Of a stretch of 64,000 nucleotides of DNA, positions 37,018-45,420 are shown piece by piece; the stretch's first letter is position 1, and each line of letters starts with the position of its first letter. The position numbers were made by a program, and so were the translations under genes. The notes beneath the pieces are model-generated. The model worked only from the letters and a program-made list of their open reading frames with translations. It was not told the origin of the DNA and searched no databases. This stretch comes from a virus. Lineage: Duplodnaviria; Caudoviricetes. The stretch covers positions 1 to 64,000 of IMG/VR virus record IMGVR_UViG_3300017761_005636; one strand, given 5' to 3'.

Positions 37018-38460
37018 TTATAGTTTAAGCTTTACATTAAAAGGAATAATGCTACTTTTTTCTTTTTTAATTGGTTCGCTCATCTTTCCAATACCAATCA
37101 ATTCACCAAACTTATTATACAAACCAACAGATGTTATAAATGTGGGTCTATTTGTTATATTTTCATCATAGGAATCTGGATATGTAGAATTATTCGTATA
37201 AAAAAATTCATTTGGCATAGCAATACACATAACACTTTGAACAATTTCAGTTGTTATAGATTTATAATTTGATTCACATAGTGTTGATGATGTAAAATAA
37301 ATCTTTGCAAAATTCGTATCACCATTATATGGACTTCCTGATGCAATACCGTTATATCCTGAACTTGTAGCTGCTGAATATCTAAAACCTGAAACTAATT
37401 CAGAATCTGTAATAACTGCTAATCCTTTATCATTATATAATATACCAACAGGTTTATCATAGCTTTTTACAAATTGTGTATTATTGCCAAAATTTACATA
37501 AAACCCATCATAAATTGCATATCTTTTTCCTGAAGTATCATCATTCGAATTTGTTGTAAATTTATTGCTACTTGTATATTGATTCCAAGATAAACTACTA
37601 GCTGTTACTTTACTTATTTTAATGCTTAAGCTTTTATTAACTCTAGTTCCTACAAAAAAATTTGTATCGTCAAAATACATTTTTAATGGTTTATTTGTAA
37701 CATTTTGTTTTGTTATTACGGTCACAAGATTTTTTGTTATAACTTGAGAATCAACTGTAACCTTAATATCATTAATATCTGGAATTCTTGAAAGGTTGGT
37801 AATTTCAAAAAAAATAATATCACCTGTGCTTGCTGAAATTCCGCTAAAAACATATGCTGTTGTTTCACTAACTGCGGTTTTATTCAATGTAAAGATTGGT
37901 TCTTCAAATATAGTGGTAACATTTCTTGACCCTTTTGGTTTTTGTATTTCGTTGGAATATAAAAGTGTAATATTTGAATTTGGTGAACTTGCTGCTCCTA
38001 AACTTCCAACAAAACTTCTACCTTCACACCTTTCATTATTTAATGATGAAACAAATATTTTTTGTGTACCTATTCCATCAAACCCAAAATAAGAGCCATA
38101 AACTGTAGTTGCTGTTGGAACACCATTTAATGTAACAGGTATTGTTAATTTAAAAGTTTTACCATCAATAAGTTCACCATATTGACCTTTTGGAATTTCA
38201 GCAACAATTATTTCTCTTTTATTTAACCAAGACATAGCACTCTCTTTATGAGTGTCTGAAAATAAATTTATTTCATCATTTGTAATTGGAAGTCTTAAAG
38301 ACTTAAATAAATTAGCATAAGGTGTTGTTACTGTGTCTAAATTGGCATAAGTAAATAATATTTGACTATTAAGTTGATTTTCTGTGGTTGTCTCCGAATT
38401 TTGAAACCCTAAACTTTCAGTTGGATTATCGCTTGGTTTCTCTACTTTTTTGTAAAACAT
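37018..38460 (-). CDS. baseplate/tail-fibre attachment protein (C-terminal half of a DUF3751/gpH-like module)
   Basis: C-terminal PTFITSVGLYNKFGELIGIGKMSEPIKK. Confidence 0.6.
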   Translation of the reverse strand: MFYKKVEKPSDNPTESLGFQNSETTTENQLNSQILFTYANLDTVTTPYANLFKSLRLPITNDEINLFSDTHKESAMSWLNKREIIVAEIPKGQYGELIDGKTFKLTIPVTLNGVPTATTVYGSYFGFDGIGTQKIFVSSLNNERCEGRSFVGSLGAASSPNSNITLLYSNEIQKPKGSRNVTTIFEEPIFTLNKTAVSETTAYVFSGISASTGDIIFFEITNLSRIPDINDIKVTVDSQVITKNLVTVITKQNVTNKPLKMYFDDTNFFVGTRVNKSLSIKISKVTASSLSWNQYTSSNKFTTNSNDDTSGKRYAIYDGFYVNFGNNTQFVKSYDKPVGILYNDKGLAVITDSELVSGFRYSAATSSGYNGIASGSPYNGDTNFAKIYFTSSTLCESNYKSITTEIVQSVMCIAMPNEFFYTNNSTYPDSYDENITNRPTFITSVGLYNKFGELIGIGKMSEPIKKEKSSIIPFNVKLKL

Positions 38461-38497
38461 ATTTTTAATTTTTTATTTTATTGCGCTTACAGACCTC

Positions 38498-39283
38498 CTA
38501 CTCCTCCCCTACTCCACCACCACCTGTGGATATTGTTGCTGTATATGTAACAGAAGTGTTTGTACCTAAATCAACAAATGAACGAAAAGGTGTTATTACT
38601 ATTGTAAAGTTTACTGGTATAGAACCACTTAAAGAGACTACACTTCCCTTTTTAAAGGTAATATTAATAGGTATTGTTGCTGCTGAAGGTTTAATTAAAA
38701 GTTTGGTTGATGAAGTTCCATTTATTGTAAAACTATTTGCACCGCCATCACTATCTTTAATTTCAATATAAAATTGAGTATTTCCTATTTCAGAACTATT
38801 AATAACAATAGTATCTAAAGCAGGAGGTGATATAACAACATTAAATTGTGCAGTATATGTTGTGGAATTAGGGTTTAATGAACCACCATTAATTCTTGAT
38901 ACTGATGCACCAATAGTACAAACTCTTGTATTAATATTTCCATCTGTACCGATTCTACCAACTGTTAATCTAGTTGTGGAATCGGTGATAGTTGAGCCTG
39001 AGAGAGAAGACATTAAATTTACATTTGTTCCATTTGCAATACTTTTAATACAGGTATCGGCATCGCCTGTGATATCAGGAACAAATCCGCTTGGTAGTGT
39101 TAGGTATGTTGAGGTTGTACCTGCTGAAATATTTGAAGAAACAAGATAATTCACATCATCATCGTGAAGAGTAAAATATGTAACTTGAAAATCTTCTTTG
39201 TTACCGTCTAATATGTATTCTCTACCTTTTGGTGTGAGATAAGCATAAAGTGTTTTTGTGTTAGTTTGTGGTATAAATCCCAT
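38498..39283 (-). CDS. baseplate/tail-fibre attachment protein (N-terminal half of the same module)
   Basis: MGFI...LYAYLTPKGREYI...F.VTYF.L.DDDVNY; Gly-rich end. Confidence 0.6.
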   Translation of the reverse strand: MGFIPQTNTKTLYAYLTPKGREYILDGNKEDFQVTYFTLHDDDVNYLVSSNISAGTTSTYLTLPSGFVPDITGDADTCIKSIANGTNVNLMSSLSGSTITDSTTRLTVGRIGTDGNINTRVCTIGASVSRINGGSLNPNSTTYTAQFNVVISPPALDTIVINSSEIGNTQFYIEIKDSDGGANSFTINGTSSTKLLIKPSAATIPINITFKKGSVVSLSGSIPVNFTIVITPFRSFVDLGTNTSVTYTATISTGGGGVGEE

Positions 39284-39284
39284 A

Positions 39285-41336
39285 TTAAAAATCCATGTCT
39301 AATTCTAATGCAAATAGTTTATTGTTATTCTTTTTAACTGGGTTATTCAACTTCCCTATTGCTACTAAATTATTGTTATCATCATAAATACCTGCTTCAG
39401 TTATATAAACATCATCTTCACTATCGTTAAAAGTTGGGTTATTTGATGTATTATATTGGTTAAAATTAAGTTTATAAACAATTTTAGTTCTATAAACAAG
39501 TGCTTTTATATCTGAATTAATATTTCCAAGTAAAATACTTTCTTCACCAAAAGCCAGTCCTGTATTTGGTAATGCAGTTGTTGGTAAAGCACCAATATAA
39601 CTTGTAACATCATATGATGCACCTACTGTATATTCTGCATTTGTAAAGATGTAGATTATATCAGCTAGACCTGAATTATTTGGCGGTATTGTAGTTGCAC
39701 TCCAAGAACTATAGTTTTGTAATTTTGGTGTGTAATCATATTCAATCCACAATGCAGGGTTAGGTTCTGAACCTATTGGAACCTTTTGTGCAATAATTTT
39801 AAATGTATTAGCATTGAATCCTGTTCCTGCTGTTAATCCTGCTGAAGATTGCATAAATTGCAATTCATTGGATGGTATATTAAATTCAACAACTTGTGGT
39901 AAAATTTGTGGATAAAGTTTTGTAATATATCCACAATGAATACCTGTTGAATAGCCATAATTTGTTGTGTCACTATAATTATTATTTGAACCAAGTAAAT
40001 ATGTTATAGCTAAATAATTATTTTCACTTGATGATGCACCTAATAATGAATTAGTGTTTGATGGTCTTAATCTAAAATTAGCATCAGGTAATGTCCAAGA
40101 CCTATTTGATTTTAGTGAAAGTGTATTTAAAATTTCTTGGTCTTCAATTACTGCTATTTTTAAGTCATTAAATACTTTACCAACAATATTTTGTGATGAT
40201 GTTTCAATAAGGTCATAATATTCTGTTGTAAATCCTGTTAAAGTTGTTGGCTGTAGTTTTTTAGCACCTGTTAAAGTAGAACCTGAAGATTTTAAAGTAA
40301 TACCCATTGTTGTAGCACTTTTCTTATGATACATAACAGTTGGTAAATCAATTTTAAATGTGTTACCATTAAATCCTTCACCATAATAGTTTGAGATGGA
40401 TTTATTAGTAAAGTGAATAACACCTAACATTGTATCACCTGATTTGTTTGTATAACCTTGTATATATTCTTTAAACCCTGAGAAAATAGCACTATCATAA
40501 TATGGTGGTATTAAACCATTTTTTACACCTGCTGGTGCATATTTATAAAGAATATTAAAATTCCATACATTTACATTATCACTTGCTATATTACAATTTG
40601 AATTAAATGCTAATGTATTATCATTCCAATATGATACTGATGTTCCTGTACTATAATAAGTATCAATTGCATTGTTTGTAGGATAAACATAAACAATACT
40701 TTTTACTGTTTGACCTTGACCTGAAAAGTTTGGTAATGTTTTATCAACTGTAATATCATTACCATTTACAGCCAATGCTTTATACCAAATAAATGGTCTT
40801 GGATATAATTCACCGATTGCACCTGTAGTATTTGTAAATGCTGAAACTTTTGGATTTCTCCAATCAACTAAAAGCATATTACCGACTGTTACGGCACTTG
40901 CTGAGTCTAATCTAAGAATTGTGTTTCCTGTTAATCCACTTGATGCAATAATTCTTTTATCTAAAATATATGCATTAGTTGTAAAAGATGTAAAACCACT
41001 ATCTGTTGACCCTGTAAAAAATCCTCTTTGTGAAGCCGTATTTAATACTACTTTAATATCGGGACTGACTTGACCTATACTTGTTTTAGTATCAGGTAAA
41101 GTATCTAAAATTGGAATTGGGTATTTAATATACGGATTTGCATCTTTTGGACGAATTATAATCAAATCAGTACCATCAATAATCGTATCATTACCCCTCA
41201 AGAATTCATAATCAATTTCTGAATCACCAAATTCAATTTTTTTAAATGTTAGTGAACCAGATGCTAACAAAAGTCTACCTGTACTTGTTAGTTTTGTGTT
41301 GATTACAGTTAAGTCACTTTTTTGTATAAAACTCAT
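39285..41336 (-). CDS. baseplate/tail-fibre attachment protein carrying both halves of the module
   Basis: N: MSFI...INTKLTSTGRLLLASG...FGDSEIDY; C: VYITEAGIYDDNNNLVAIGKLNNPVKK. Confidence 0.65.
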   Translation of the reverse strand: MSFIQKSDLTVINTKLTSTGRLLLASGSLTFKKIEFGDSEIDYEFLRGNDTIIDGTDLIIIRPKDANPYIKYPIPILDTLPDTKTSIGQVSPDIKVVLNTASQRGFFTGSTDSGFTSFTTNAYILDKRIIASSGLTGNTILRLDSASAVTVGNMLLVDWRNPKVSAFTNTTGAIGELYPRPFIWYKALAVNGNDITVDKTLPNFSGQGQTVKSIVYVYPTNNAIDTYYSTGTSVSYWNDNTLAFNSNCNIASDNVNVWNFNILYKYAPAGVKNGLIPPYYDSAIFSGFKEYIQGYTNKSGDTMLGVIHFTNKSISNYYGEGFNGNTFKIDLPTVMYHKKSATTMGITLKSSGSTLTGAKKLQPTTLTGFTTEYYDLIETSSQNIVGKVFNDLKIAVIEDQEILNTLSLKSNRSWTLPDANFRLRPSNTNSLLGASSSENNYLAITYLLGSNNNYSDTTNYGYSTGIHCGYITKLYPQILPQVVEFNIPSNELQFMQSSAGLTAGTGFNANTFKIIAQKVPIGSEPNPALWIEYDYTPKLQNYSSWSATTIPPNNSGLADIIYIFTNAEYTVGASYDVTSYIGALPTTALPNTGLAFGEESILLGNINSDIKALVYRTKIVYKLNFNQYNTSNNPTFNDSEDDVYITEAGIYDDNNNLVAIGKLNNPVKKNNNKLFALELDMDF

Positions 41337-41341
41337 TAGAA

Positions 41342-41362
41342 AACTATTTATAATAAATAGTT
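41342..41362. promoter_or_regulatory. face-to-face late promoter pair (AACTATTTAT-a-ATAAATAGTT)
   Basis: Perfect 10-bp inverted repeat filling most of the 26-nt gap between divergent starts 41336(-) and 41363(+). Confidence 0.7.
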
Positions 41363-41668
41363 ATGTTCAACTTCTTTTCCAACCCAAAATTTATGAAATT
41401 TATAAATGATTTGTTTAGAGATAGTAATTCTAAAAAAACATCATTTAGTAGATTACTTGCTTTTCTTTTATTTATTATGGTTTTATGGTTTCATGTTGAA
41501 GCCATTAGAATAATGATAGAGAAAAAAGAAATTGACCATGCTTTATTGTTGGAAGATTTTGCTTTCATTAGTGCAATCATTATGCAAAAGAATTATATTA
41601 ATAGTAAAAATATAGAAGGTGATTCTACAGCACCACCTATAGAACCACCAACTGAGCAACCAAGTTAA
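41363..41668 (+). CDS. small membrane protein, holin-like candidate
   Basis: LFRDS..KTSFSRLLAFLLF, two hydrophobic segments, charged/Pro-rich tail; late motif upstream. Confidence 0.5.
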   Translation: MFNFFSNPKFMKFINDLFRDSNSKKTSFSRLLAFLLFIMVLWFHVEAIRIMIEKKEIDHALLLEDFAFISAIIMQKNYINSKNIEGDSTAPPIEPPTEQPS

Positions 41669-43068
41669 ACCAATTCTAATTTTTCTTGTTTAATCATACT
41701 TCTGTAAAAATCTGCTCTAATATGACTTAGAACATCAATATCATATCTTTTACAAGCAAGTTCATATGCTGCTTCACCCATATCTTTAACATGATTTGGA
41801 TTATTGATACAATATTTAATTTTCTTATACCAATCTTTATATTGTCTATCGGGATTTACATATAAAATGTTTTTTCCATCAACCCAATCCTTATCATGAT
41901 TGTAAATTGGAACATCAGAAGCAATGACAGGAACTTTATGGAATGCAGCCTCAATTACTTTAAGATTTGATTTGGCAAATTGATAGCGATTATCTGAATT
42001 ATCATCCATTACACCCTTACCATATACTTTAATTGGTGCAAGTGCAACGTCACCATGTTTATAGTTTGCAGCAAATTTATAAAGACCTTGTGTTTTATGT
42101 CTAAAATAGTTTTGTTCAGATTGTTTTTCATAAACTGCATCTAAATCAAATTTCATTAAGAAATCATAATAATCTTTATCTTTAATTAATTTATAATTAC
42201 CTGTAAAAATCTCTTCATATCTTGTCCAAACAGTATCTTGAGGTTTAATTGGTTGTGTATGTTCGTTTAAAACATTACCATTATATTTTTGTACAATTTC
42301 TCTTGGAATTTCAGGTGTATTAATAATATCAAAATTATTTGCAATAAGTTTTTTATAAAGTTGTTCATTAAAAATACCCATTGCTTGAATTTCTTTAATA
42401 AAATCTTCATTTACACTATAGTTTGTGGTTGTTCCTCTAAGGTCAAAACCAGAAAGATGAAATTGAAATTTATTTGCAACGGAAATATCATCAACTAGTT
42501 TTTCTATACTGTCTTTCAATAAAGAAACATCTTGTAAGTGAGAAGAACCTGCAAGATAAAGAATTCTCATTTTATCATATGAACACTTATCATTAGCAGG
42601 AGTCCATTCTTTTAAATTTCTATTAATACCATTTGGAATAACTAAAATATTTTTATTATAAGGTTTAATATAATTTTCATATACAGGTGTTGTTGTTGAG
42701 ACAGCATCAATAATTTTAAGATTAGCAACAATCTTTTCTTTTAAACCATCTTTTTTAACTGCATGATAAAGAGGATGTTCTTTTGATACTTCCCAATAAT
42801 CATCAATGTCAAGAATTACTTTAATTCCAAACGATTGTAATTTTTGAACCAAAAATGGCATTTGTGCAAAATCACATAAGGTTCTGTGTCCATGAATAAT
42901 ATCGTATTGCTTTAAAAAAGCATCATCATTCCAATCGGGGTTTTTGATATAATCAATTTCAAATTCATCATCATATAGTTTTGAAAGAGAAATGGCAGGT
43001 TGTTCAGAACGGTAAAAGTTTACACCATGAACATCTTGATTTGTAATCAATATTTTTGGTTTACTCAT
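41665..43068 (-). CDS. GT-B glycosyltransferase (family 4-like)
   Basis: GVNFYR..QP, DIDDYW, PNGI, AGSSH..D, LAPI, KSNLKVIEAAF..VPVIASDV..Y. Confidence 0.85.
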   Translation of the reverse strand: MSKPKILITNQDVHGVNFYRSEQPAISLSKLYDDEFEIDYIKNPDWNDDAFLKQYDIIHGHRTLCDFAQMPFLVQKLQSFGIKVILDIDDYWEVSKEHPLYHAVKKDGLKEKIVANLKIIDAVSTTTPVYENYIKPYNKNILVIPNGINRNLKEWTPANDKCSYDKMRILYLAGSSHLQDVSLLKDSIEKLVDDISVANKFQFHLSGFDLRGTTTNYSVNEDFIKEIQAMGIFNEQLYKKLIANNFDIINTPEIPREIVQKYNGNVLNEHTQPIKPQDTVWTRYEEIFTGNYKLIKDKDYYDFLMKFDLDAVYEKQSEQNYFRHKTQGLYKFAANYKHGDVALAPIKVYGKGVMDDNSDNRYQFAKSNLKVIEAAFHKVPVIASDVPIYNHDKDWVDGKNILYVNPDRQYKDWYKKIKYCINNPNHVKDMGEAAYELACKRYDIDVLSHIRADFYRSMIKQEKLELV

Positions 43069-43074
43069 AAATAA

Positions 43075-43099
43075 ATTTTGATGTATAATACGTCAAAAT
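43075..43099. terminator. weak AT-rich hairpin between gp25 and the glycosyltransferase
   Basis: attttgatgta-taa-tacgtcaaaat, one mismatch. Confidence 0.3.
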
Positions 43100-43100
43100 A

Positions 43101-43493
43101 TTATCCATTAAATATAAATGAAATATTATCCTCAAGAGTATTGAATAAATTACTGTAAAGAAAAGAAATATTAATTTGTAGTTTATTTGTTTGTTCGGAT
43201 TGGTCTATATTGATGTCTTGTATCTTTACATTATTAAAATATTTTTCAATATCTGTTTTTAACGATAATTTTATATCTGAAGCTACTATTGCATCATTTT
43301 TTTCAAATAAAAATTCATATAATCTAGTACCAAAATCAGGGTCATACCATCTTTCACCCTTTTTTGTTGATATAAAAAAATATAATGAAGAACGAATATC
43401 ATCAACTGTGGTTGTATTCATTTTAAATAACTTACCATCAACAGTATCGTCTTTAAATGGAAAATTTATTGATATTGTTCTATTATTAGCCAT
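43101..43493 (-). CDS. gp25: baseplate wedge subunit gp25 (sheath initiator)
   Basis: INFPF, IRSSL...T.KGER..DPDFG..LYE.LFE. Confidence 0.9.
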   Translation of the reverse strand: MANNRTISINFPFKDDTVDGKLFKMNTTTVDDIRSSLYFFISTKKGERWYDPDFGTRLYEFLFEKNDAIVASDIKLSLKTDIEKYFNNVKIQDINIDQSEQTNKLQINISFLYSNLFNTLEDNISFIFNG

Positions 43494-44368
43494 TATGTAA
43501 TTATTAGCATTAATTTATCACCAAAATTGATTCCATCATATCCTGCTCTTTTTGCAAAACCATTTAATCTATCCTTAATGAATTCGGCATGGACTTTATT
43601 TACATCTGAAGCCATCTTTTTAATTTTTCCTGAGTCTTTTTCAAAACTAGGGTCAAGAATATACATAGCAGCTAAATAAAATGGGTCATATAAATCCATT
43701 TGTTCAACAGGTACATTTAAAAGTTTATCAAAAAGAATTTCATATTCTTTATCATAACCTTTGTCTTTTGTAAATGACATAATAAAACCTGAAGTATTTC
43801 CTTTATCAAAAGGTCTAACAGAATAAAGTGTTACTGCCTTATTGGTTACATCATCAAATGTTAATCTATCAGAAACTTCTTGTTGTTGTTGTTCTTTATC
43901 TGCCCCTAAATACTTTGCTTGAGGTTTTGACATACTACTCATTACCTTTTCAATAGGGTCAAGTATATTAAATGTACTTTGTGTTGTTATACCAAATTCA
44001 TTTTTAAATTCAATTCTATCTTGAATTTTATTCAATAATCTACAAGCATCTTGAGAATTCAAAAATATTTTATAACATTCTACTTTGTCAATATCTGGTC
44101 TTGATTGATATGCATATACTCTATGATGTCCATCTAATATATTGTTATTAGCATCAACCCAAGACTTTGGTAAATATTCATCATTATCAATAACTCTATT
44201 AATATCATCAATTTTTGACTTCATAACCTTTTTCTGTAAAGGTTTCAAATAACTTGGTTCTACCATAACTTTTTTAACAATGATTCCACTATCCTTTAAT
44301 TCTTGAAGGATTTCATTAACATTATCATCTTTTACTTGTGGTAACCAAATTGGTTGAGCAGTATTCAT
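43493..44368 (-). CDS. ParB/Srx-like nuclease domain protein with additional C-terminal domain
   Basis: LKPLQ, WVDANNNILDGHHR; C-terminal AKRAGYDGINFGD. Confidence 0.7.
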   Translation of the reverse strand: MNTAQPIWLPQVKDDNVNEILQELKDSGIIVKKVMVEPSYLKPLQKKVMKSKIDDINRVIDNDEYLPKSWVDANNNILDGHHRVYAYQSRPDIDKVECYKIFLNSQDACRLLNKIQDRIEFKNEFGITTQSTFNILDPIEKVMSSMSKPQAKYLGADKEQQQQEVSDRLTFDDVTNKAVTLYSVRPFDKGNTSGFIMSFTKDKGYDKEYEILFDKLLNVPVEQMDLYDPFYLAAMYILDPSFEKDSGKIKKMASDVNKVHAEFIKDRLNGFAKRAGYDGINFGDKLMLIIT

Positions 44369-44382
44369 GTATATATTTTTTA

Positions 44383-44413
44383 ATAAATAGTAAATTCAAA
44401 TCATACTATTTAT
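44383..44413. promoter_or_regulatory. divergent late promoter pair (ATAAATAGTA-N11-TACTATTTAT)
   Basis: 10-bp inverted repeat between starts 44368(-) and 44430(+). Confidence 0.7.
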
Positions 44414-44429
44414 ATAAAATTATTTATCT

Positions 44430-45224
44430 ATGGAAAATGTTTCAAATTTAAAGGCAAAGCTAGATAGCTTATTGCCTAAAGTCGTGTCAGACTATGTTGA
44501 TTTACCTTCTGAAGGTTTGTTTTATGAGAGTGGTATTGATAAGTTGATGGTTGAATATATGACCGCTTCTGATGAACAATATCTTCTTTCTGAAAACTAT
44601 ATCAAGAATGGTACAGGTATGGAATTATTAGCAAAAAACAAAATCAAAGACCCTGAATTCAATTCAAATATGCGTGTTGAAGACTTACTAACAGGTGATT
44701 TAGATGCTGTTCTATTGTTTTTAAGAAGATTTGCTTATGGTGATGATTATCCTGTTCAAGTTCGTGATACAGATGGAAAAATGTTTGATACTGTAGTAAA
44801 ATTATCAGAAATTAAATATAAAGAAGTTGTAAGACCTGATAATATTGATTTAACATATAATTTTAAATTACCATTATGTAAAATTGATTTAACTTTCAAA
44901 CTTTTAACTTATGGTGAAAAGAAAAAGTTAGACCAAAGATTAGAAAAAATTTCAAAGTATAAAAGTGATTCTCCAATTTTTGAAATACAAGAAAGAATTA
45001 TTGCTCAAATACAAACAATAGCAGGTGAGTCTGATAGAAATTTTATTGAGAAATTTGTTAAACTTATGCCACCGATAGACTCGTTGGATTTAAGAACGTA
45101 TATATTAAGTGTAGAACCTGGGTTAGATTACAATTATGAATTTGAAGGCAAATTCACAGGGGACTTTTTTCGTCAGAAATTTACCCTTGGTTTCGACTTT
45201 TTTTATCCAAGAGCAAAAGTATGA
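44430..45224 (+). CDS. tail/baseplate hub assembly chaperone (T4 gp26/gp51-like)
   Basis: VDLPSEGLFY, YMTASDE..L, LL.GD..A.LLFLR...YG, F.LP, FKLLT..E, F...G.DFFYP; upstream of tape measure. Confidence 0.75.
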   Translation: MENVSNLKAKLDSLLPKVVSDYVDLPSEGLFYESGIDKLMVEYMTASDEQYLLSENYIKNGTGMELLAKNKIKDPEFNSNMRVEDLLTGDLDAVLLFLRRFAYGDDYPVQVRDTDGKMFDTVVKLSEIKYKEVVRPDNIDLTYNFKLPLCKIDLTFKLLTYGEKKKLDQRLEKISKYKSDSPIFEIQERIIAQIQTIAGESDRNFIEKFVKLMPPIDSLDLRTYILSVEPGLDYNYEFEGKFTGDFFRQKFTLGFDFFYPRAKV

Positions 45225-45396
45225 GGAAGTTATAGCACACGAAGTTAACTTTCTTGTTGAAAGTAAATATTCTTATAATGATATTTTATATACAATGCCT
45301 GTATATATGCGTAAAAATATAATTTCAATACTTTTAGAAAGAAATCAAAAGTTATTGAAAGAAAAAGAAAGAGCAGCAGGTTACAAAGATATTTAA
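45199..45396 (+). CDS. downstream chaperone segment (gp51-like C-part), probably expressed by frameshift
   Basis: YEEVIAHEVNFLVE.KYSYNDILYTMPVYMRK..I..L; overlaps the previous ORF in the +1 frame; only upstream ATG (45136) needs an 89-nt overlap. Confidence 0.6.
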   Translation, partial: FFIQEQKYEEVIAHEVNFLVESKYSYNDILYTMPVYMRKNIISILLERNQKLLKEKERAAGYKDI

Positions 45397-45398
45397 TT

Positions 45399-45406
45399 CT
45401 ATTTAT
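45399..45406 (+). promoter_or_regulatory. late motif variant CTATTTAT
   Basis: 14 nt before ATG 45421. Confidence 0.5.
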
Positions 45407-45420
45407 ATTAAAAATGTAAT

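Noticed and set aside
23768-38092. ORFs 23768-23998, 25324-25581, 25731-26054, 29295-29477, 30409-30624, 31448-31813, 33652-34074, 36150-36416, 37796-38092
   Set aside because: Nested in or antisense to well-supported genes; no motifs or independent signals.
38481-39149. ORFs 38481-38771 (Pro-rich) and 38862-39149
   Set aside because: The Pro run is just the reverse complement of the Gly codons of the minus-strand gene.
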